In this document: positions 1-6,016 of the stretch, piece by piece | How the letters are laid out: every line of letters starts with the position of its first letter | How positions within the stretch are numbered: position 1 is the stretch's first letter | Source: a virus | Taxonomy: Duplodnaviria; Caudoviricetes | Reading direction: 5' to 3' (one strand) | Length of the DNA: 52,271 nt | IMG/VR virus record: IMGVR_UViG_3300035070_002934 | Coordinates: 1 to 52,271 of that record | The notes under the pieces: generated by a model | Told to the model about the DNA's origin: nothing | Databases searched by the model: none | What the model saw: the letters and a program-made list of their open reading frames with translations, nothing else | Translations under genes and position numbers: made by a program

Positions 1-2
1 TA

Positions 3-338
3 GAGATTCGCAGCCTTAAAGAAAGGCTGCAAAAATGTGACAGTGACGATCACTTTTTTGTGAAAGATATTGCTAACCGACTTCCATCTGAACTGCTGCC
101 AAAAAACCCAACATGGGCGGCAATGCTGTCTGTAGTCACTATGTTAAAAACAGAGCGAAATAACGCTATTGCAGAAGCGGAGCGTTTAAAAGATGCGATA
201 AAAGAAACGATAGAAGAAAATTTAGATCTAGCAGATGGAGAAATCTGCACACTAATTAAACTAAAGCGAGCCATAAATTATGATGACAACAAACCGCTTA
301 CAGACGAAGAAATTGCATTTCAACGGTGGTGCGACTGA
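3..338 (+). CDS. hypothetical phage protein, 5'-truncated by the window edge
   Basis: The frame of ORF 60..338 is open back to base 3; the stop is followed immediately by an attC-like site. Confidence 0.6.
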   Translation, partial: EIRSLKERLQKCDSDDHFFVKDIANRLPSELLPKNPTWAAMLSVVTMLKTERNNAIAEAERLKDAIKETIEENLDLADGEICTLIKLKRAINYDDNKPLTDEEIAFQRWCD

Positions 339-339
339 C

Positions 340-394
340 ACATAACCTCGCCAGCAACGGCAAGCGTAGCGCGTCCGTTGATGTTTTGTTATGT
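340..394 (-). repeat. attC-like cassette recombination site 1
   Basis: ACATAAC(340-346)...GTTATGT(388-394) with inner CAACGG/CCGTTG arms. Confidence 0.75.
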
Positions 395-414
395 TCCAAT
401 TTTGAGGATTTGAA

Positions 415-633
415 ATGAGTAAGAACCTACATATAGCAACAAGCCCGCTTACTGGAACCATATTCGCGGGATCAGTTTTAAAAGATGGTAGAACGTGGAG
501 CGCAAACAAAAAAGACGTAACTATTGAGGCGTTAGTTGCTGTTGCTGAACATGCTTTGAAGTTTGGCAAACCTGTCGAAATAAGCAAAGCAGACGGAACG
601 CCAGAATTTAGAATTACAGTTGAACGATTATAG
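415..633 (+). CDS. cassette-borne hypothetical protein (72 aa)
   Basis: GAGG RBS; bounded by complementary GTTATGTTC(388-396)/GAACATAAC(633-641). Confidence 0.8.
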   Translation: MSKNLHIATSPLTGTIFAGSVLKDGRTWSANKKDVTIEALVAVAEHALKFGKPVEISKADGTPEFRITVERL

Positions 634-634
634 A

Positions 635-653
635 ACATAACACCTTATTAGAA
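635..653 (-). other. attI-like simple site A
   Basis: Minus strand reads TTCTAAT-AAGGT-GTTATGT (L box, 5-bp spacer, R box); no attC hairpin; nearly identical to 2851-2869. Confidence 0.55.
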
Positions 654-718
654 GGATTCCATTGATTCAGAAAATAGACGGATTCCGTCTAGTTAAAATA
701 ATGTCGGAGGTTTTAGTT

Positions 719-925
719 ATGGATATGCGCATTTATACAAAACATTGGGAAAATTGTATTGACAATGGCATAGAGCCGTATGCGTATGCTCAGTTGTTGG
801 ATGGGATCTGTGTCATTTGCGCGTCATGCTATTTACCCATAAAAAACGATGAGATAGGTAAAGCTGAAATTGCTGGGGAGTCAGCACACGTGAAGTGTGC
901 AGAGAAGTTCCTGAAGCAGTTTTAG
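719..925 (+). CDS. small Cys/His-rich hypothetical protein
   Basis: GGAGG at 706-710; CxxC and HxxC motifs. Confidence 0.55.
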   Translation: MDMRIYTKHWENCIDNGIEPYAYAQLLDGICVICASCYLPIKNDEIGKAEIAGESAHVKCAEKFLKQF

Positions 926-978
926 TGCTCAGATATTGTGAAACTAAATAATGTCGGGAAAGAGAGTAGGAAAGGTAC

Positions 979-1212
979 ATGAAATTATTAAAGATTGAAT
1001 TACATAGCGACCCTTACTACAGACTTTTATACGGCGATGATGTTTTAGGCATGGTAGAAAAGGTCGAGAAAGGTTACTTGGTGATGGGCAAAAGAAAGCC
1101 CGTTGAAACACTGAAAGACGCCGCCAAGCAGCTACTTGATAAGCAGATGAATAGGTGTTTGGCAGATCATGAAAAATACCGAAAGACACTACGGTCAATA
1201 TTGGACACCTAA
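979..1212 (+). CDS. hypothetical protein (77 aa)
   Basis: ORF with purine-rich RBS; stop TAA lies inside the ACCTAAC box. Confidence 0.7.
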   Translation: MKLLKIELHSDPYYRLLYGDDVLGMVEKVEKGYLVMGKRKPVETLKDAAKQLLDKQMNRCLADHEKYRKTLRSILDT

Positions 1213-1255
1213 CACCACAAGCACAACGGCCATTCCGTTGAACGCCTTGTTAGCT
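1207..1255 (-). repeat. attC-like site 2 (short, degenerate)
   Basis: Minus strand AGCTAAC-AAGGC-GTTCAACG...CGTTG...GTTAGGT. Confidence 0.7.
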
Positions 1256-1276
1256 GAACAGATTAGAGGGTTGAAG

Positions 1277-1519
1277 ATGAGTAGAAACACGCAAGCGTTT
1301 ATTGACCGCGTTGTTGAATACCGCGGGCTACCAAAATTAAAGAAAGGTATGCGATGTGAAGTCAATGGGAAGGCTGGGCGAGTTTGGGGCGGCAATGGCT
1401 CGGCAAATTTGGATGTGTTATTTGATGGCGAAAAACGGACCATGAACTGCCACCCCGACTGGAAGATGAAAATATTTAACGATGCTGGCGAGGTTATACA
1501 TGCCAGCGAAGACAGCTAA
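1277..1519 (+). CDS. cassette-borne hypothetical protein (80 aa)
   Basis: GAGGG RBS before MSRNTQ; bounded by GTTAGCTG/CAGCTAAC. Confidence 0.75.
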   Translation: MSRNTQAFIDRVVEYRGLPKLKKGMRCEVNGKAGRVWGGNGSANLDVLFDGEKRTMNCHPDWKMKIFNDAGEVIHASEDS

Positions 1520-1567
1520 CCAGAGTATTCAGAGGTGCGAAGCATCCGCTGGAATAGGTTGTTATGT
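1514..1567 (-). repeat. attC-like site 3
   Basis: Minus strand ACATAAC-AACCT-ATTCCAGC-GGATGCTTCGCACC-TCTGAAT-ACTCTG-GTTAGCT. Confidence 0.85.
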
Positions 1568-1589
1568 GACGATTAACTAAGGGGTATTT

Positions 1590-1775
1590 ATGACTGATGA
1601 AGAAATATTGAAAGTTTTTGAAAGAAAGGGAATGAGGATCGAGTTGGGCGCGCAATTTTCCGCGCGCGGTCAAATTGCAGCATTACTAGATGCTGCCAAA
1701 GAGATTAGCAAAGAAAGCTATATGCGCGGATCGAATGATTGTTATGCGGCAATGATGGCGCACAAAGTCATATAA
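1590..1775 (+). CDS. cassette-borne hypothetical protein (61 aa)
   Basis: AAGGGG RBS; bounded by GTTATGTGAC/GTCATATAAC (9 of 10 complementary). Confidence 0.75.
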   Translation: MTDEEILKVFERKGMRIELGAQFSARGQIAALLDAAKEISKESYMRGSNDCYAAMMAHKVI

Positions 1776-1824
1776 CCTTTCTATTTTGCGGCTGCTTGCA
1801 GTCCGAAAGAATGGGTTGTTATAT
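1770..1824 (-). repeat. attC-like site 4
   Basis: Minus strand ATATAAC-AACCC-ATTCTTTC-GGACTGCAAGCAGCC-GCAAAAT-AGAAAG-GTTATAT. Confidence 0.75.
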
Positions 1825-1850
1825 TTTATTTTTATTATTTTGGCCGAGCT

Positions 1851-2081
1851 ATGAGCATTAAAAATGATACAGGTTTAATTGAGAAGTACAAAGAACTTGA
1901 GAAGGTTGGCTCTGCAAAAGTTACGATCTTACATGACCAAGTTCTTGAGGTTGTTGTAGGTGACTTGATAGGCAAATATAAATCATGCAAGAAGTATGAT
2001 AATGACTCTGTAGCAAGTTTTGAAAAGGTGCTTAGGTTCTATCTTACAGATGACGAAATGAAAGAGATTGAAGAAATATAA
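1851..2081 (+). CDS. cassette-borne hypothetical protein (76 aa)
   Basis: Bounded by GTTATATTT/AAATATAAC; AT-rich. Confidence 0.75.
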   Translation: MSIKNDTGLIEKYKELEKVGSAKVTILHDQVLEVVVGDLIGKYKSCKKYDNDSVASFEKVLRFYLTDDEMKEIEEI

Positions 2082-2135
2082 CCAATAAGTTAACCGGCGC
2101 CCGAATGGGCGTCCGAGTTGAACTGGCGGTTAGGC
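2076..2135 (-). repeat. attC-like site 5
   Basis: Minus strand GCCTAAC-CGCCA-GTTCAACT-CGGACGCCCATTCGGGCGCC-GGTTAAC-TTATTG-GTTATAT. Confidence 0.9.
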
Positions 2136-2164
2136 GTTTACTCACAAATGTAGAAGGATTGAAT

Positions 2165-2440
2165 ATGCATATTGATGACTGGCTGGATTTGCCGGCCAAA
2201 GACGATGCGGAGAAGTTGGCCAAGGAATTTCTGGAGCACTGCCGTAGACCAGCGGCAGAAAAGGACTATGCATGGATCAGGGCCAACCCCCTGTTTTGCA
2301 CATACAAGGGCGAGCGGTGGCGAGTAGTTGGCGCAAGCCGCCTAGGTGACGTGTGGCTGTCAAAGCAATTCGACCGTGAAAACGGCTACGAAATCCGCCC
2401 CGATGTGGACGCGTGCAGCGATTGGAGCAAAGACGCCTAA
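2165..2440 (+). CDS. cassette-borne hypothetical phage protein (91 aa)
   Basis: AAGGA RBS before MHIDDW; bounded by GTTAGGCGT/ACGCCTAAC. Confidence 0.8.
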   Translation: MHIDDWLDLPAKDDAEKLAKEFLEHCRRPAAEKDYAWIRANPLFCTYKGERWRVVGASRLGDVWLSKQFDRENGYEIRPDVDACSDWSKDA

Positions 2441-2488
2441 CCCAACAGCTAAGCGGCGCTCTGCGTCCGCTTGAGCGCCTGGTTAGGC
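2435..2488 (-). repeat. attC-like site 6
   Basis: Minus strand GCCTAAC-CAGGC-GCTCAAGC-GGACGCAGAGCGCC-GCTTAGC-TGTTGG-GTTAGGC, a canonical R''/L''/L'/R' layout. Confidence 0.9.
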
Positions 2489-2514
2489 CCGTTGCACAAC
2501 TGGAGATAGACAAG

Positions 2515-2856
2515 ATGACCGAGAAGCGAACTGTTTGGGTGGCATACACCAACACCGACCTCACCGAAGGGCGAGGCCATGACGTGCCGATTGCCGTGTG
2601 CTCCGCAGAAGCAACCGCGCTGCGCATGGCGCACAAGCAGTATGTGCAGGGCAGTGACGGCCCGGTGCGGTCGATGGAGCTAGTGAAGATCGACGGCAAG
2701 TGGTACGCGCCGAGCCCCGCAATCAATGTGGTGGAGCCAACCCGAGAGGACGTTGCTGCACAGGCCGCGATTGATGCCAAGCGCGATGCGGTGGCGAAGG
2801 CAAAGGCCGCAGGTTTGACGGACGCCGATCTGCTGGCACTTGGATTAAGGGCCTAA
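2515..2856 (+). CDS. cassette-borne hypothetical phage protein (113 aa)
   Basis: GGAG RBS before MTEKRT; bounded by GTTAGGCCC/GGGCCTAAC; GC-rich. Confidence 0.8.
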   Translation: MTEKRTVWVAYTNTDLTEGRGHDVPIAVCSAEATALRMAHKQYVQGSDGPVRSMELVKIDGKWYAPSPAINVVEPTREDVAAQAAIDAKRDAVAKAKAAGLTDADLLALGLRA

Positions 2857-2869
2857 CACTTTATTAGAC
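2851..2869 (-). other. attI-like simple site B
   Basis: Minus strand GTCTAAT-AAAGT-GTTAGGC (inverted core boxes, 5-bp spacer). Confidence 0.6.
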
Positions 2870-2974
2870 GACAGTCGTCATAACGTGGCGTCTACGGCCT
2901 GTGGCAACACTGGATCGGGAGTTTTCCCGGCCGGCTCGCAAGGGCTTAACGGTAGACTAAGTAGGAGTCGATTG

Positions 2975-3121
2975 ATGTTCAAAAACATTCAGGCGCTACG
3001 TGGAAACATAGCGTGCTTTTATCTGGTTGGCGCGTATACAGAAGTTTGCTTTGAGAATGATGACGACAATCAAGGTGGCAAGGTTTTTATTAATGGCGTT
3101 TACCGCTATGCGTGTTACTAA
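2975..3121 (+). CDS. short hypothetical protein, possibly truncated by an internal stop
   Basis: AGGAG RBS at 2963-2967; frame stays open past TAA to 3190. Confidence 0.35.
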   Translation: MFKNIQALRGNIACFYLVGAYTEVCFENDDDNQGGKVFINGVYRYACY

Positions 3122-3213
3122 AAGACGATTAATACCCAGGCGGAAGAAAATGTTTTTGGTTGGGTCGAAACGCTGGATTTTATGGCGTAACATTTTAATG
3201 AGGAGCTGGCAAA

Positions 3214-3483
3214 GTGAATAACATTAACGTACATGATCTAGTAGTCGCACTGCGAGCCGTTGCTGTTGCCGTGCCGTTCGATCAGCAATGGTTTGATCTT
3301 GATCAGCTTGCTGCGTATCTGTGCTACTCAAAAACGCACGTAGAGCAACGGGTTTTAGGTCTGCCCGGATTCCCGGAGTCTGTAAAATGCGGATCAGGCA
3401 AGCGTTGGAGGGCGCGGGATGTTTGCAAGTGGTTGGAGTCGCAGACGGGTTCCTGTCGGCCTCGCAAGTCGGCATCAGGATAA
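3214..3483 (+). CDS. AlpA/excisionase-like HTH protein
   Basis: Small HTH with 'LAAYL..SKT..PGFP..RWRA.DV..W' pattern directly upstream of attP/int; GGAG RBS. Confidence 0.75.
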   Translation: MNNINVHDLVVALRAVAVAVPFDQQWFDLDQLAAYLCYSKTHVEQRVLGLPGFPESVKCGSGKRWRARDVCKWLESQTGSCRPRKSASG

Positions 3484-3488
3484 TTTTT

Positions 3489-3738
3489 TTGCGCCAAATT
3501 TACGCCAAACAGTTTTAAGTGTTTGATTTTTCAATCTTCTTGGTGCCGCCTCTGGGCACCATTATTATTTACGATATATCCCCGCAAAGCCGCATGAACA
3601 CTGGCTTGCAGCCAAACCAGCAAGGATGCTATGGCGTAAAAACTCTATACAAAATCCCCCATTTTTATGTATATTTTGCGACCCGTTACGCCAAATTTAC
3701 GCCCGGCGTTACGCCAACATTTTTATCAGTTACGCCAA
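3489..3738. other. attP-like region
   Basis: Core CCGCCTCTGGGCACCA (3546-3561, tRNA 3'-end-like); TTACGCC arm repeats at 3489, 3500, 3686, 3697, 3709, 3730; IHF consensus at 3516-3528. Confidence 0.75.
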
Positions 3739-3750
3739 GGACAAGGACGA

Positions 3751-4719
3751 ATGGCAACAATACGCAAAAGAGGCAAATCATGGCGCGCCGAACTCTGCGT
3801 CAACACTGTGCGCGACTCTCGCACGTTTGACACCAAAAGCGAGGCGATGACATGGGCTGTGGCGAGGGAAGCTGAGCTGAAAGTCGTTGCGCCGGGTGAA
3901 GATGACCATTCAAAGCGCACCGGGCCGGATTTGTTTGGCCGTTATTTAAAAGAGGTAAGCTCAATAAAGCGCGGCGCGAAATGGGAAAAGATCAGGCTGT
4001 TGAAGTTTATGGATTACCACCACTTCAAACGGCCTTTACGCCAGATTACGCCAGATCATATTGCGCACTGGAAACAGGAGCGACTGAAATCTGTCTCACC
4101 GTCAACGGTACGGCGAGAAATGAATCTGTTAAGCCACTGCTTTGAGACTGCGCGCAAAGATTGGCGATGGCTATCTGATAACCCATGCACCGATGTTTCC
4201 AAGCCGCCAGACGGCAAAGCAAGGGATCGGCTGATCAGCAACGATGAAATTACACTCATCCGCCATGCGCTTGGCTGGCCGGTCGATGGAGTTGCAGCAA
4301 CAAAAATGCAGTCGGTCGCCGTCGGATTTATGTTTGCGATTGAAACCGGAATGCGAATGGGGGAAATCTGTGGGCTGACGCATGAGGACATTGTCGGCAG
4401 CGTCGCAACACTCCGGCAAACAAAAAATGGCACAGCCAGGCGCGTACCGCTGTCAAAAAGGGCGGTCGAGCTGCTGTCATTTGTACCTGACCTCTGGGAT
4501 ATGAAGCCGCACCAATTTGAAGCGCTCTTCAGAAAAGGGCGCGACAGATCTGGTGTGGTCGGATTGACCTTCCACGACACGAGGCATGAAGCAATCACGC
4601 GACTCGCCAAAAAACTGGACGTGCTGGAGCTGGCGCGAATGGTCGGGCACAAAAACATCAATCAATTATTGGTTTATTTTAACGCTAAAGCGGAGGATAT
4701 TGCAGACATGCTAGGCTAA
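3751..4719 (+). CDS. int: phage tyrosine integrase (Rci/HP1-like)
   Basis: TGMR, K, HDTRH, GH and Y catalytic motifs; N-terminal MATIRKRGKSWRAE arm-binding motif; likely start 3751 with AAGGA RBS. Confidence 0.92.
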   Translation: MATIRKRGKSWRAELCVNTVRDSRTFDTKSEAMTWAVAREAELKVVAPGEDDHSKRTGPDLFGRYLKEVSSIKRGAKWEKIRLLKFMDYHHFKRPLRQITPDHIAHWKQERLKSVSPSTVRREMNLLSHCFETARKDWRWLSDNPCTDVSKPPDGKARDRLISNDEITLIRHALGWPVDGVAATKMQSVAVGFMFAIETGMRMGEICGLTHEDIVGSVATLRQTKNGTARRVPLSKRAVELLSFVPDLWDMKPHQFEALFRKGRDRSGVVGLTFHDTRHEAITRLAKKLDVLELARMVGHKNINQLLVYFNAKAEDIADMLG

Positions 4720-5297
4720 ATATGCGTCCAGCATTTTCTATGCCTCACACTACTTATTGCTGCCGGAGATACACCAAACAGAAGGGCAAGTTCAACGCCC
4801 TTTTTATCGGACAACCTAATATAAATTACATCTTCTGCCTTTAGCTTTGATGAATAATGTTCGCTCCCTCTTTTTAATCTCTCTCTCTGCGTTCTTGATG
4901 GGTGCTCATCCCCTCTTTTAGAGCACTGAGAGCGATCATGAGCCCTGTTCTTCCTGATCATATCTTGGATATTTTCTTTTTGCGTACCTGCAAACAAGTG
5001 TGAAGGATTAAAGCAGCTAGGGTTGTCGCACGAATGGCACACATTCAACCCATCATCAATGCATCCATTAAGCATTTCAAATGAAAATCTATGCGCGTAG
5101 TGGTGTTTTGGCTTCCCATTTTCACATGAAACATATTGACCATACCCGGCGCTAGTCAAGCTTTTTGGCCAATTCCAACACCCATCAACCCCATCAAACT
5201 CCTTAGCAATAGAAACAAATCTACATTTCGGGGAGCAGTATGGCGCTTTTCTGGCGTTCCTTGATTCATATTCTTTTTCACATGTATGACACTTCAT
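4716..5297 (-). CDS. free-standing HNH endonuclease
   Basis: GCWNW..GYG..AHR..VCHSCDNPSCFNPSHL..N motif with N-terminal Zn finger and C-terminal HTH. Confidence 0.88.
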   Translation of the reverse strand: MKCHTCEKEYESRNARKAPYCSPKCRFVSIAKEFDGVDGCWNWPKSLTSAGYGQYVSCENGKPKHHYAHRFSFEMLNGCIDDGLNVCHSCDNPSCFNPSHLFAGTQKENIQDMIRKNRAHDRSQCSKRGDEHPSRTQRERLKRGSEHYSSKLKAEDVIYIRLSDKKGVELALLFGVSPAAISSVRHRKCWTHI

Positions 5298-5618
5298 GCC
5301 AGCCTCATATAAATAACATTAACCAAGGTATTATTATAACGATAAGCTGTATATATATCCAGCATTACAATGAGACAGCCGAGAATCTGGCAGCAAAATT
5401 GAATTAACCCGTCCGCAGGGATGCTAAAACGGGCGCGACACCTGCACAGTGGAGTGACTGCCGGGAGAGACTGGCGCAACACAAACTACATTCAAAGATT
5501 TTCCCCTTTCGGTTTCATTTTGCTACATTAACACCATGGCAACGGATTGACTCTTCCGCGTATCGGCAAGGGCGCCAATGACATTAAGCGAGAATCAAAT
5601 GTACCGATCAGGATTAGA

Positions 5619-5837
5619 ATGGATATATTGCGCGTACCTCTCATTCTATTTCTATTCATCGTAATAGCATTCGCCTTTTCAAATGGCTGGCCACCATTAG
5701 CGTTCCCGGCAGGCATTGGCATATATTACCTGATCAGTAGCGATAAAAGTGGTGCTGGCATCGAAGGCTTTTTTGCTCTACTCTTTGGTTTTCTCGTCAT
5801 TGGCGGGGGGATCATCCTACTTATGAGGCTATTCTGA
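5619..5837 (+). CDS. small membrane protein
   Basis: Two to three hydrophobic segments; AGGA RBS before MDILRV. Confidence 0.6.
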   Translation: MDILRVPLILFLFIVIAFAFSNGWPPLAFPAGIGIYYLISSDKSGAGIEGFFALLFGFLVIGGGIILLMRLF

Positions 5838-6016
5838 TGAAAAAAATAATCACAGCGCTCTTAATCTTGGCGGCGAGCACCGCTTACGCTACCGGGTTCT
5901 TGTCTGGTGAGCGTACAAGCGGCATGAAAAAGATCTGTTATTACGACACACCTAGCGGCACTGTCGCAATAACAATCAAGGCGGTTGAGCTTTGCCCGTT
6001 GACGATTAAGGATTAA
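5837..6016 (+). CDS. small secreted protein (59 aa; not in the ORF track)
   Basis: MKKIITALLILAASTAYA signal-peptide-like N-terminus, two Cys; TGATG coupling with the upstream gene. Confidence 0.65.
   Translation: MKKIITALLILAASTAYATGFLSGERTSGMKKICYYDTPSGTVAITIKAVELCPLTIKD

Larger units (their letters stand above)
1207..2869. mobile_element. array of five integron-type gene cassettes ending in an attI-like site
   Basis: Five single-ORF units, each starting GTTRRRY.. and ending with its own reverse complement ..RYYYAAC, separated by 49-60 bp attC-like hairpins. Confidence 0.85.

Noticed and set aside
2105-2514. Longer ORF starts at 2105 and 2413 (also 1169 and 3667)
   Set aside because: They read through attC or attP sequence; downstream ATGs have better RBSs
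340-2869. CRISPR array or plain terminators as the explanation for the intergenic repeats
   Set aside because: The units are whole ORFs of 250-420 bp, the repeats are non-identical hairpins without consistent U tails, and the end-complementarity is cassette-specific
3541-3561. tRNA gene
   Set aside because: Only the last 16 or so nt resemble a tRNA; there is no D or anticodon arm
3751-4719. Calling the recombinase an integron integrase (intI) or a shufflon invertase
   Set aside because: No IntI-specific insertion, adjacent xis and attP, and no inverted sfx-like repeats seen
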